Source: Lama glama
Taxonomy: Eukaryota
Length of the DNA: 64,000 nt
Assembly (NCBI GenBank): GCA_028534125.1
Contig: CM052816.1
Span: 89,840,001 to 89,904,000 of the forward strand
Reading direction: 5' to 3'
The notes below the pieces were generated by a model that was not told the DNA's origin, ran no database searches, and saw only the letters and a list, made by a program, of their open reading frames with translations. The first letter of the stretch is position 1. Every line of letters begins with the position of its first letter. The position numbers and the translations under genes are program-made. Of the stretch, positions 27,379 through 39,560 are shown piece after piece.

Positions 27379-27928
27379 TTTGGGTAGTTAGATAAGTGCG
27401 GGCACCGGGCAGATAGATGGAGGAGAGGGAGATTGGTCTGGAAGATGGTGTTATGCCCCCTCCAGCATAAAGGGATTTCACTTCTTCTAAATGAGAGCCA
27501 GCAAGAACCAGTTAGAACTCGATAACCATGACTGCTCAGTAGCAAAATATACTTGACTGGACATGACCCAATGCTCACTGTAACATAATTAACATTGTGG
27601 TTTGCCCCCCACCATGGGTTTTTCTGTGCACATGCTGGATAAGGACATGCACAAAAAAACCCCATCATGACTAGGCATTCCAGGGGCAAGAGTCATCAGT
27701 CAATCAAAAGACCACCTCTAAGCAAGGGTATTAGAGAAAGGACAAAACAAAGACCATCGCTTTCCTCCCTTGGATCAGCCCGCTTCCCCTTCTCAGAGAA
27801 GTGTACTTTTCTTCTCCCGAATAAATCCTTTAAAATAGTTTGCTACATAATGCACTCTGTCTCCCATCTGCAATTCTGTCTGTTGGGTAAGACAAGGACT
27901 GGGTTCTTTTCCTTTTTGGAGCATAACA
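27379..27928 (+). mobile_element. ERV1-class solo LTR
   Basis: Starts (t)ttgggtagttagataag; gtgtacttt...AATAAA near 27820; ends taaca; TSD ambiguous (aact/aaca). Confidence 0.75.
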
Positions 27929-28507
27929 AACAATGTAAAATTTCCTGATTAACTTGATGTCAAGTAATTGTATATATGATACTTTTTGCTGTGGGCATGG
28001 GTGTTGTGTTGAAAAGGTTGTTAACATTCAAAAAAATTAAAATTCAGAAGAAACAAAATCTGAAAATTTTTAGTGTATCCCATATCATGTTATTATTTAA
28101 ATGTGATGTTCATTGTTTTCAAATAAATCAATACATTTTTTACAGTTAGATAGATCTGTCTGTCTGATTCTCAGGAGAGCCAATGAAGCTCAAAGATCGG
28201 CCTCCAAAAATAATTTTATTACTCTGTTTAAACAATTTTTCCCTTTCTTACTAATCCTGAAAATTTTATGCCAAGAATCTTTTATTAATAAAGTATACAA
28301 GCATTAAAAATTCCCTTAAGAAATACGAATTCTGTAGAAACATAAATTTGAAAAGAACTTTGCTGCCCTGGGCTTCTACATTTTATTAGGAAAGATTTGT
28401 GTATTAATTAGGTAGCTTTAAGCACGTAGGTGAAACCCTATGTACATGAAGCCAGCATGGAAGCCTTTGGTATTTGACGAAGTCATTAAACATTTAGGAG
28501 CCATTTA

Positions 28508-28655
28508 AAGCTTTGCTGCCCAAAGTGTGTTTCCGGACTCAGCAGCATTGGCATCACTGTGGCGCATGTTAGAAATGCGAAACCGCAAGCCCCTCCCCAG
28601 AATATGCAACTGGAAAAGATCTCCAGGTGTTTCCAATGTCAATGAAAGTTGATTT
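28508..28655. mobile_element. MER5A (hAT-Charlie MITE)
   Basis: caaagtgtgtttccggactcagcagcattggcatcac...gttagaaatgc...aagatctccaggtg. Confidence 0.8.
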
Positions 28656-29109
28656 AAAAAAAAAAAATTAAGAGGACAAAGCAGCTGAGTATTTATCTGA
28701 AGAGACTGAGTACCTGCCTGCAAGAAACGTGTTCCTATATGACACAAAGCTAGAGCAGGTACTCACTGAGAAGGCCCCTGTATCTCAGGGGAAGTAAGCG
28801 CACAAATGACAAAGAGAAGAAACACATGTGATTTAGAAAACTATTAGTTACTCAAGTACCAAATATTTGAAACAAAGATTTAGCAACCATAAAAATCAAA
28901 TATGATCAACAAGATATTTCAATATTAGATATAAATAGTCATCATGTTTTGAAATTTAAATACTGCATTTAAAGTCAATTATAAAAAAACAGGCTAACCA
29001 ATAGATATGGAATTCAGCAAGCTACAGAAAAGAAAAACAAACACATATAAGTCAATGTAAAGTTGTACTTTTATTTTTTCAACTGGAGGCTGTATCTTTA
29101 AATTTACTG

Positions 29110-29910
29110 CATCTCACCACTCAACCACCTTCACTGCTACCATCAGTGGAGACCCCATCATCAACCACATGGATTACTCCAGTAGTGGTCCTGAGTGTTT
29201 TCCCAACTTAATCCCTTATCCTCACCCCATCATCATGTCTCTCTGTGGGAGCCAGAGTGAACTTTTTTTAAAAAACACAAATCAAATAATGACACTCTCC
29301 TGTTTAAAACTCTTTAATAGGGCTAGATTGCATTCATTAATAGTAATAATAGCTAATAATCCCCATTACATTTAATAAGAATGATTATAACTAATGTGTG
29401 TATAATGTACCGTGTGTATATGCTAACTGAATAATCCTAACCAGTATTCCATATTCAGGATTTACGATAACCCCTGGGAGTATACATGAGAAAATGGAGA
29501 TGTTGTTGGTTAAAGTATCTATCCTAGGACACTGATAATGGCTCAGATTTGAACCTAAGAGGCTTAGCTTCTGTCTTAACTTTTAATCACCCTTCTATAT
29601 ACATTTTCCTTCATGCCCATAGGGGAACTTTCATGATCTCCTGCCTGACAACCTTTCCCAACCTACTTCTAATAATTTTCTGTTTAATTAATTTTGCCCT
29701 ATGCAACTGAGCCTTATTATTCTTCATCAAACATGCCAGACAAGTACTTGCCTTCCCCTTCCCGGTAAGCTGCTCCCAAGGGGTTTTCACAGCTTGTTCA
29801 CACAATTGTCACCTACTCAGAGAAACAGCTGCTGTTCATCTAGTTTAAAAGAGCACACCTTCTCAATCTCTATTCCTTCACCATGATTTACTTTTCATTG
29901 TATTACTGAT
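29110..29910 (+). mobile_element. L2 fragment interrupted by a MIR (about 29340-29600, - strand)
   Basis: ccatcatcaaccacatggattactccagtagtggtcctg...aaacacaaatcaaataatgacactctcctgtttaaaactc; MIR text gatttgaacctaagaggcttagc. Confidence 0.65.
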
Positions 29911-30261
29911 CAACATGCAGTATTAAAATAGAAAGTCTTTACAGCTATGTACATGATTTTGTAATAAAAATAGTGCATACAAGATAGGAACAAAGAGAAA
30001 TGTATAACTCATAGAAGTAACTCTACAAAATTCATGCATTTCAGATTGGGGATTTTAGGCTTGCAGAAATAGCTAAGCAACCTATTCTGAACCTAATATT
30101 TAAAACTAGCAGTTAGAATTGACTGCGTCAAATCTCTGGGTCAATGTAGCTGTTTTGAGACAAATTAAGTCTCAAATCTATTTTACATCTGACTTACTAC
30201 ACGACAGCTAGAGTTTCACGTCTGCTTTTGTTCTAATACATTGCATATCCTGTTTGATTTG

Positions 30262-31375
30262 TAGGACAGGAAGAGAATCCGGCCTCACACAGACATGCAG
30301 CAAGAAAAGGTGGGAGGAGTTTTAAAACCTTATCAGATAATTTTGGATAATTATTTTGACACTATACCCAAATTCAACAAGTGTTAACTTATTAACGTTT
30401 AGTTTTAATGTGGAATCTGAAAGCACATCAACAAACTTTCAAGATTATAATTTTAAAAATGTTATTCAGGCTTGCATTTTTAATGGATCTTTGAATCATG
30501 TCTAGGTCATTTTGAAAGTAACGTTTCAGTGTCTAGGTCATTTTGAAAGTAACGTTTCAGTGAATTCTACAGATCTTCCAAATGTTGATCAACTTTGTTA
30601 AACAATTTTTTTAGAAAGCCAAATCCTTCTGTTAATTTGATCAGAAAATTATTTGTTTTGGTACAATAACAAGCATATGGTGGTAAAAATATAAATTCTA
30701 AAAAAGTCCATTTTTATTTGAAAGCTGAAATTTTATCACTGACAAGTACTGTTTATTGTTTTCCTATAATTGACATGCTCACTTGGCTTATTTTCAAGAA
30801 TCAGTAACCAAATACGGAAATCTGAATAAGCATAGTTTGTCTATCAGTCATTCCTTCAAATAAAAAGTGTTCTATTAAAAAAAAAAACAGCTATTTCAGC
30901 AGTCCAGAAAATCACAGAACTGTATTTTCCTTGAGAGACAACTGTACTTTGGTATACAGTAGAAGTGCTTAATAAGTACATTTCATTTCATCACTCAACA
31001 CATTAAAAGTATGTCTACCCAAGATTTGAGGGTATTTTTCTGCTACATAAAAGAAATCCCCAGTTGAAACCACCTGACCACCGCTGATGCTACTGCTGTC
31101 ACTGCATCTTCTCTTTCTCCATCTTCCCTTCTTCTGTGCAGCTGTGTCAAGTGAAGAATGCAATGACCACTAGCTCATTATGGCACCAGTGTTATGATTC
31201 AGGCTGAGACACTAGTCATTTTACCCACAATTACTTTTGTACCGTCAGGACAATTATCAATTCAGTAAACAAAGAAAAAAAAGTCTTACCATTATTTTGA
31301 AAATAATTTTAACACACAGTCTGCCTGGTGAGTCTCATTCACAAGCGTCTGCTGACATCCCATTATGAACTGTTA
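30262..31375 (-). mobile_element. Charlie1a-like hAT DNA transposon with decayed transposase
   Basis: Minus strand near 30925-30970 reads ALLLYTKVQ-LS-(frameshift)-QGK, matching the hAT motif LLLHTEVRWLSRGK; cagatcttccaaatgttga and catagtttgtctatcagtc are Charlie1-like. Confidence 0.88.
30499..30560. repeat. Perfect 31-bp tandem duplication
   Basis: tgtctaggtcattttgaaagtaacgtttcag x2 (30499-30529, 30530-30560). Confidence 0.97.
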
Positions 31376-31569
31376 GTCTGTAGATTAGATGGATGGGGAA
31401 CCCCACCCCCTTACAGAGCTATGTTTGCAACCACTGAGGACATACTTCCACTGAGGTACTTCCAGAAATTCCTCGTAACATTGTAGGTGTTCTTACTAAC
31501 GATGTTTGAATGAGTATGTAGAATGGAAGTAATTAAACAATTAATCTGAAAAGTTGAAGAAAAATAAAA

Positions 31570-31855
31570 ACTAACGGTGACCACATACCTGAAGCAACGG
31601 TTATGCACCAGGTTATGTACCAGCATCAGTGGGGAGGCCCAGTATGCGTCAGGAACCAGAGCATCCGCCCGGATGCCGCTCTTCTCTCGGCAGTCTCACT
31701 GGCGGAAGGTTACCGTGGGTAATTTTCCCTGAAATCAGAAACAGTTTCCTTAGGAAAGAGCTTTTCTAAAATAGAAAACAAGGAAAACACGCCGTAATAA
31801 TTACGTGACACTTTCCTCTTCAAATAGAAGACAAACTATTAGTCCGTAACTGAAA
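31570..31855 (-). promoter_or_regulatory. Candidate CpG-retaining promoter/enhancer with MYB, CRE, GC-box, ETS and RFX motifs
   Basis: About 13 CpGs in 280 bp; TAACGG 31572, CAACGG 31595, TGCGTCA 31645, CCGCCC 31665, CGGAAG 31703, GTTACC-gtg-GGTAAT 31709-31723, TTACGTGA 31801. Confidence 0.45.
31589..31728 (-). ncRNA. Candidate non-coding exon (140 nt)
   Basis: Acceptor tgtttctgatttcag|G and donor CAG|gtatgt on - strand; stops in all three frames. Confidence 0.3.
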
Positions 31856-32369
31856 ACTGACTCTCTTACCTCCTACAGAATAGTAACGTTGTTTCCTCCT
31901 CACATAATGACTTAATGTATTGAAATGATAAAAACAAAAATTCTGATAACTAAGGCTGAAAACTACTGCTATTAAGTATCTTTCATAAAAATATGATTGA
32001 CTGAGCTTCCTCTTCAACTCAAAGAGTTGTTTTTTCTTTTGCTTGTATTTTTAAGACGTTATTAGTTTCCAATTAAATCAAATGTCCATGTTACAGATAT
32101 AGAGGGTATCTGACACCAAAGAGCTCAATTTCAAATCAGGCAAGTTTAAATAGCTATAGTGTTCTTATGTGTTGGTTTGCATCAAAATAATACTATCACC
32201 CTTCGCCCATATTCAATAAAATCTGATCTTCAAGTAATTACATTTCCCCTTTATTAAAATCAGTTTTTATTTGTGTGGGCAATAAGTATATCACTGTCTT
32301 TAAATAAGCTCGCTATTCAAGATAAGACAAACTTTCCCATTGACTGTGACTTTCGATCTCATTAGGGAA

Positions 32370-32900
32370 AACAATTATAACTACTTTAAAGCATGTATTT
32401 CCAGACATTCTCTACACTTCTGTAAACATACATGTGTATCCATAAAAACAAAAAACATAAAATGTCGGTTAGATTTATTTTCATTTTCATAAAACATTTT
32501 GATACACATAGTATTTTAAAAACTTATTCAACACTAAACATGTTGCTTTACACTGACACTGATGCATATACATACCTAAATAAAATTATATATGCAAAGA
32601 TATGTGTATAAAATATTATATCCACAATTCTTGTGTCTTTTTCATAATTGCATGATAATCCACAGTAGATAATTTAGTTACTGCCTTACTAAGGGTTTGC
32701 TTGAGATGTATCACTCTTACCATTATTACTACCATCACATGCTTTGTCTTTGGTTGTTTCTCTTGACAAGATTCCATGAAGGGAAGTTGCTGGATCATAG
32801 ATATATAAGAAATACATATTTCAAGTTTAGATTATGTTGATTATTTCATGTCAATGTCATTTTTTTCCATATATTTAACAACATGTGATGGTATTCTACA
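32370..32900 (-). mobile_element. Ancient L1ME 3' fragment
   Basis: tatttccagacattctct...gattccatgaagggaagttgctggatcatag. Confidence 0.5.
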
Positions 32901-34208
32901 TTTAAATCCGTTATTTTCTCTATTATAAAACATATGTAGTATTAAGACCACTTTAACATTTCATTCTAAGTTGCTTGCTCAGTATCAAACAACTGTTAAA
33001 ATTACAAGCCAGAAAACAAACCATGTTGCTGACATAATATCTTACTATTGATGTTTTTCATTGTGTGTATATGTGTGTGTCTATTTTTCTCAGTTTCTTA
33101 ACTGGAAGATGTGTCATTATCTTCTCTTGAATTACAAGAAAATCTAAGTTGCTGTCAGGAAAAATCCACTATGAATTGTAACGAGTGAGGGTTAAATCAA
33201 TATTCTGTGGAGTGTTGCTTCAAGAGAGAAAGGTTGAAAGATTTTTATACTTTATTTTCTTTATCAATATGCAGTATTATGGTTGTAGCTTTCAAAAACT
33301 CGTATCATATGCTTTATAATTTTATTAAAAAATAAAATTACACCTCCTAATATTTATTCTGAACCTTAAGTTTTACTTAGACCATGCTGATTATTAAAAT
33401 ATGTATGCAGGCTGCATTTTTAATTCACCGTATTATACACTTAGAGATGATTATTCATACTTTCACTACGAGCAAACTCTGTATCAAAGCATGTTTCCTT
33501 TTCTCCTAAAAAACATCTCGAAGTTTACAAGAGAATGGAGAATCAACTAGAAAGTCTATTGTGGGCAAAATTAGGCAACATACTATAAAATATATATTAG
33601 AGTTGTAAAAAGCAATTGCATTTGCATGGGAATACATGCAGAAAAAGACAGAAGCCTCAGAGACATTTCAGTGTTGAGAGCCCAATGTTGGAAAGTAAAA
33701 GTAAAAGTTATTTCTGAGCCTAGCTCCTTGATTAAATTGGCAAATGAAGAGAAGACAAGCCCATGTCGATATTCACAAATAAAAGACACTTGAAAACAGC
33801 TTTATCTTTGAGGAAGCTGAGAAGAAAACCTTTGTGCTGTGGAACCCAGATAAACTGGAAGAATCCCTTGGCAATCTTGCTCTCTATAGGAATACCTTGC
33901 AAGTAACTGATCTAGGAGAACCCAAGTTATTCAGTGAGAGTAACAAACGATACTACAAAATATCTTTTCAAGGAGCAGATAAAAAAATTTGAAGAAGTAC
34001 CTGACTGTGGATGAAACAAAAACTTAATCTCTTGGTGCAGATCAAGCAAAACTGCAAGAATAAATCCTACCTGATGTGTAACAGATAGCTCAAAAGTAGC
34101 GTTGCTCAAACAGAATATCTGATTAGACTTGTCTTTAAATATGCTTTCTCCCAGTCGTCTCACCTAGATGCCACCAATATGACACATTTGCTTAAATCAT
34201 AACTCCTG

Positions 34209-34360
34209 GAGTGGAGGGGTATAGCTCAGTGGTAGGGTGTGTGCATTACCACACATGAGGTTCTGGGATCAATCCCCGGTACCTCCATTAACATAAGTAA
34301 ATGAACCTAATCCACCCCCTCAAAAAAATAAAGAAATATAATTCTAAAAATTAAAAAAAA
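34209..34360 (+). mobile_element. Camelid tRNA-derived SINE (Vic-1-like)
   Basis: A-box tagctcagtgg; B-box-like ggatcaatcc; ccggtacctccatt...aacctaat; A-rich tail; imperfect TSD ending ctcctg. Confidence 0.9.
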
Positions 34361-34689
34361 CACCTCCTGAAATTCTTTCTTATGTTCTTCTTTTTCTTTA
34401 GCAAGTCCTAAAGATTCTAACCATATAAATTATCTCGAATTCTCCAAAGATCTAAGGGTTCATAGTTCTTGGCAAACTATTGGAACATTGAATGGTATGC
34501 TTAGAAGATATGTGTATTCTGAAGTAAGATTTTCACTAGAGAGTCGTTTTTAGCACAGAGGAATTAATGGTGCTAAACTAGACAACAGAAAGGTATTTTT
34601 TGGAAGGGAGATTTTCTGGTACCACTGAGGAAACAAAGCTTAAACCAGTTTATATAATTGGGCTTTAATTTCAAGGGAACACGCCAGTG

Positions 34690-34840
34690 CTTTGTGCATG
34701 ATTGGACCTGACAATAAACGGAAGCCAATCACTTCACTGTGGAAGTGGGCATAAACGTTCATTATCTAGCCCTGCGGGAGACGATGCGGGGACGGACGTG
34801 CTGCCTGCTAGTCCTGGGGAGCATCGTCGCTTATACTTTC
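34690..34840 (+). promoter_or_regulatory. Candidate promoter: two CCAAT boxes, ETS motifs, CpG cluster
   Basis: ATTGG 34701, CGGAAG 34719, CCAAT 34725, GGAAGT 34741; about 9 CpGs; consensus donor TAG|gtaagt at 35083/35084. Confidence 0.4.
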
Positions 34841-35790
34841 CTGCATTTGAAGGAAAAGCTAAAAGTAGTTTGTTCACAAGAGCATAAGGAAGTGAAATTA
34901 GCTTACTTTATTTTAAAGGATTGGTTAATTTGCTGTGTTACATGGTCATACTAAGCCTCATCGATCCGACTTGCAGACTCTAAGGCTAGAGATCTACTTT
35001 TAAAAAAATGATCATTATATTCAGCACCAAAAAAAAGCTATTACTTTGCTTGGGTACAAGTGTGAAAGAAGCTTATTTTCTAGGTAAGTGGATAGTGTTA
35101 ATCCAGTCTGTCATTTAATCGGCTGTGTGAGGTTCATATGATACACATACACATACCTGCACATATCTCAACATTCAAATGAATATAATCATCGTCTTTA
35201 TATTAAATGTCATTATAGCTCTAATGTACTCAGTTACTAACATGAAACATTTGAATTGAGTTAGAAATAAAGAAAAAAACTCCATAATAAATTATCAGAA
35301 GTTTTTTTTTAGAGCTGTCATGTGTTTTATTCTTCTATAACTAATGAAAAATGGACATTTCTATGAGGTAAATAATTCCTTGCCAAGAAATATTACTTAC
35401 CTCAAGAATATGCTGAATTCACTGAAAAGGCAATGAAAAAGCATACTGGGGAATTCATTTCTTAGCAAGGATTGATCAGTTGTATATTGCATGAATCAGA
35501 ATAAAACAGCAGCAATTTTAAGACTGTGCTGTGTAATCCAATACCCTCCAGGACCTTCTTAAAACTGAATTCAGTACAAACAGAAGAATGATGGATAACC
35601 AGTATTCCTAGAAAATTTTATGATCAGAAAATAAAAGATATTTTAAAAAATTCTTATCTTTCTTATCGAAGTCAGCAAGCTATTTCTTTCCCGTTGACTG
35701 GATCACAGTATTCTGCATTAGTCTGATTCTCAAAATTTTACTCTCCTCCTTGAATCACTTCACAGAAGACAGGTTATCTGAATATCCATT

Positions 35791-35928
35791 TTTTAAAAAT
35801 TTTTTTCTATTTTTTTTGGAGTGGCGAGGTAATTAGGTTTATTTATTTTTAAATGGAGGTACTGGGGATTGAACCCAGAACCTCCTACATGCTAAGTGCG
35901 TACTCTACTACTGAGCTATACCCTCCCG
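35791..35928 (-). mobile_element. Camelid tRNA-derived SINE (Vic-1-like)
   Basis: Reverse complement gggagggtatagctcagtagtagag...gggttcaatccccagtacctcc; perfect 14-bp TSD tctgaatatccatt (35777-35790, 35929-35942). Confidence 0.95.
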
Positions 35929-35947
35929 TCTGAATATCCATTCTAAG

Positions 35948-36147
35948 TAGAGTTGCCAGATAAAATACAAGATCTCCAGGTAAATTTGAATTTCAGATTA
36001 AACCCCAACAACCAAATGTTCTAAAAAGTATAAATATCCCACATATTGCATGGAATGTACTTATATTGACATGCTATTTGTTGCTCATCTGAAAAAGAAA
36101 TGTAAGTAGGTGTCTCACGCTGTCACTTGTTAAATCTACAGTCGTAA
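35948..36147. mobile_element. MER53-like palindromic hAT MITE
   Basis: tagagttgccagataaaataca...aaatttgaatttcagat...atattgcatgg...tctgaaa...taaatct. Confidence 0.8.
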
Positions 36148-36704
36148 TTCTAAAAGAACGTTTAAAATTGACAGGTAGTTGCACGGACATTTCCCTGTAG
36201 ATATAATACAATCTCCTCATCGAGTCTAATTAGGATATTCCACGCTTGCCATAGAATACCTGTTAAGAGGTTTTTTTAATTGTCGTTGTTTGCCTTGAGA
36301 TGCTATCTCAGATCCAGCCATTCAAGGCAGAACAAGAAAGTTTTTTTCCCATTGTAACTTTATAAATGTGTTATGAGACATCTAAAATTCAGAAATAAGA
36401 AAGACACAACTCTCACAAGTATAGGTGTTTGGAGCAGGGAGATTATTAGGTTCTTCTACTTTGTCAAATATATTGTCAAACAATCTGTCATGAAAAGGGG
36501 ACTAAGAACAAATTACAATTTCAAAATATATGGATGAAGCTGCCAGAGTTCTGGTGTTTCAGACACAAAATATTAATCAAAATGAAGCCTTGTATTCCAA
36601 CAGCCTTGAGAAAAAGTAGGTGGAGAGGCAATCAGGCTTTTGAGTTCTGATGTATGTTTAAAATATATATATCTAACATTGTTTTCTCTCTTAGGAGTTC
36701 TCTA

Positions 36705-36870
36705 CGAATTCATTGATTTATTCATCTATTCCTTAATATTCTGAAGCAGCTACTCTATTTCAGACACAGGGTTAGTTGAAAAAAATGGACAAGATATTCC
36801 TGGCCCTTATAGAGCTTACCATCAGATTAGAAGGGAGATTACTGAATAAGTAATTCCAGTAAGTAGTGTA
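36705..36870 (-). mobile_element. L2 3' fragment
   Basis: ttcattgatttattcatctattc...ctggcccttatagagcttacc. Confidence 0.6.
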
Positions 36871-37144
36871 GAAATAACCTGACTTTTGTAAATAGATCAT
36901 TCTTTTAAACTATAAAATTATGCTACACTTTCTTTTCTTTTTCTTCTTGTTCCTTTTTGTATGATTTCTCTCCCCCATCTGCCAATTGTCTTTGAAACTA
37001 CACTGGTAATATAGAACAACATCAAAAAGTTTTTCTCTAACTTTATTCACTACAAGATATGAAAGGAAATGTTTGTTCAGAGAAGGACAAACTTACTTTC
37101 CTGATTTCCCATTTTCCTTATGTATCAAAAGCCATGACTGATGG

Positions 37145-37684
37145 TGACCAAGAAGGCCTTCCTGGTCGCCTCAGTCAGGCTAAGCTACACATGGGCTTCG
37201 TCCTGGCTCTTGGCCTCTGGCCTCACTTTTCTTAGAGCATCTACCTCAGAAAACTTATCATTATAAATCTTTCTCACCCCTTTGAGGTTGGAATCTTGGT
37301 AAAAAGCTTCTTGTCAGTTTTACAGTCAGGAATGTCTTCTCAGGTGGATGATCCCTTTGAACTGTAATTCTCAGGGAAGATGTGAGCCCCCAGCCCCCCA
37401 GTTTCAATGGGAGGGTGAGAACTAACTTCTCTGGGTATCTTCTTGCACATTGTAAGACTACCTCCTGCATGAAGATAATAGAAAAAGTTTTCTTTTCTTT
37501 TTTTTTAAGGTTGGAGGGGTGAAGCAATTAGCAAATTTGCATACCTGGATGGCCTAGGAAACTTCACCATCCCAATTCTTAAAAACTCTCCAGCCCTTTG
37601 GGTCAGACTGAGCTGACTGAGTATTGCAATAGTCTTGAATAAAGTGTTCCTTGACTGTTTACCTTTGGTACTTTTGCTTTGACA
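37145..37684 (+). mobile_element. MER67/MER31-like ERV1 LTR
   Basis: cttagagcatctacctcagaaaactt...tattgcaatagtcttgAATAAAgtgttcctt...ctttgaca. Confidence 0.8.
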
Positions 37685-37985
37685 GTAGATTCAGAGGCAT
37701 CAGAGAACATGATATACACCAAGAACCCACCTTTAAGAAAGAGGAAATGATATAATTGAAGTTCTCATCACTCAGAAAATGAACATGAGAAAGCCTTATA
37801 CTGCCCTTGGGAAGAAAAACATTTAAAGTAGTTGAAAATAATTTGAGAAAAGTTGTATTCAAGTAGACTGAAGTTAAAAATAAATAAAAGTTATTGGTGT
37901 TCCACTTACCACTTGGCACTCTGGTAGAGGAGTTTTATTGAGCATCTCTGCATGACCCTGGGATGAAATGGCAGCGTGTTGTATA

Positions 37986-38226
37986 CAGCAGACCCTTGAA
38001 CAACCAGGGTCTGAACTGTGCACGTCCATTTGTATGCAGATTTTTTCGTTAAATGTATACTATGATGCTACACCATCTGATGTTGGTTGAATCTGTGGGT
38101 GCAGGATCACAGATATGAAAGAATCAGGATATAGAGAGTGTATACTGAGGCCAAGTATAAGTTATATGCAGATTTTTCACTGCACAGACAATGCCCCTAA
38201 CTTCCTTATTGTTCACAGATCACCCA
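37986..38226. mobile_element. MER8/Tigger2-like TcMar MITE
   Basis: TA-flanked; left TIR cagcagacccttgaacaac, right TIR ttgttcacagatcaccca. Confidence 0.8.
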
Positions 38227-38689
38227 TATATGCAGAGAGGAGTTACTCCTCACACATATTACTGTCCCAACAGAGTCAACCTTATCTGTTCTAATTAATA
38301 GAGTAAATATTTTAAAAGTCTTGTTCTTCTTGCAAGAAGTCCAAGTTGGTACTTGAGAACCAGCATGTTGGCTAGTGATTCACCACCGAACGGGGCAAGG
38401 GAACCATTAACTGAGCTGTAGGTTGGAAAGCCTAAATCTGGTGAAAGGAGATAATATGACTGAGTGAGTGAGGCTGGCTCTTCAGAGGGACACTTGTGAC
38501 ATATCCTTGGTCTACCTTCCTGCTTTTTATAAACATAAAATATAAAATAAATCACGCTGCCCCTAATGCTTTAGCAAAATGGCACTGAAGCTCAAGACCT
38601 TTAATTATTGGAGGAAGTGACATTGAATTAGAGTCCCAGCTATTGGTGTTATGCAGGTAAAGGGTATGTCATGGCCACATTTGCTTTTA

Positions 38690-39560
38690 GCTGGCTCACT
38701 ATGTCTGCACTATGGAGAATACATAGGAGATCATTAAAGAAGATAGAAAGATCATTTAGTAAAGTCAGTAGTGAGGGGTAACACAATAAGGAATGTTTGA
38801 AGTAGTTTATGTGGAGAAAGGGAGAGAACACTGCTTAGGGAACGGTGCCAGGTGGGTGGAGAAATATGGTGGATATAAACAATATTTACAAGACTCAGTG
38901 ACTGATTTTATTGACCTTGGCATATGAATGTAAGCTAAGAATCAAAAATGAGTTTCAGGTTCCTGTCTTGGGCAACTTATAGAAAGAGAAAACATATTAT
39001 TCACTGAAATAAGGAAAGTTGGAGATAGTTTTCATTATGTTTATATTGAAGAACTGTAAGATAGGTAGGTGTTCATTAGACATTTGGATATATGAGCATG
39101 TGTTTAAGAAGATACTTAATTAGAAATATAGATATTGTTATATCTGAAAATAAAAAAAAAATGCCCCAAAGTAAATTTAAACTGAGAAATAAAAGAGGAT
39201 AAAGAAAATATTAATGTTTAAGGACATAAAATAGGAACATGTATGAAAGATACTAAAGAAATGCCAGAGATAAAAAGGAAAAGCAGTATGGTATCGTGGA
39301 AGCCAAGAAAAATATTTCATGAAATAGAGTAGCCAAGTGTATCTATATTTTCAATAAATCAAGTAGGATAAAAACGATGAGTCAATTAACTTTAAATGTG
39401 AAGCGTTTATTTGAGATATCATTCGAAGAAGTTTTACTTAAATAAGGAGTGAGTCAGAGATTATTAAGCTGAAAAGTGAGTGAGTGTAAAAGTGATGAAT
39501 TCAAATAAAATGAACATATAGTAGGATATGAGACACTTGAGCAAATTCTAAAAATGGAAG
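38690..39560 (-). mobile_element. L2 fragment
   Basis: aagaatcaaaaatgagtttcaggttcctgtcttgggcaact...ggtatcgtggaagccaag. Confidence 0.7.

Noticed and set aside
30499..30560. 31-bp direct repeat as a CRISPR-like array
   Set aside because: Two abutting copies with no spacer, in mammalian DNA with no cas genes.
34209..34290. Possible tRNA gene
   Set aside because: A and B boxes are present, but there is no intact cloverleaf; the body and A-rich tail mark it as a SINE, as for the copy at 35791-35928.
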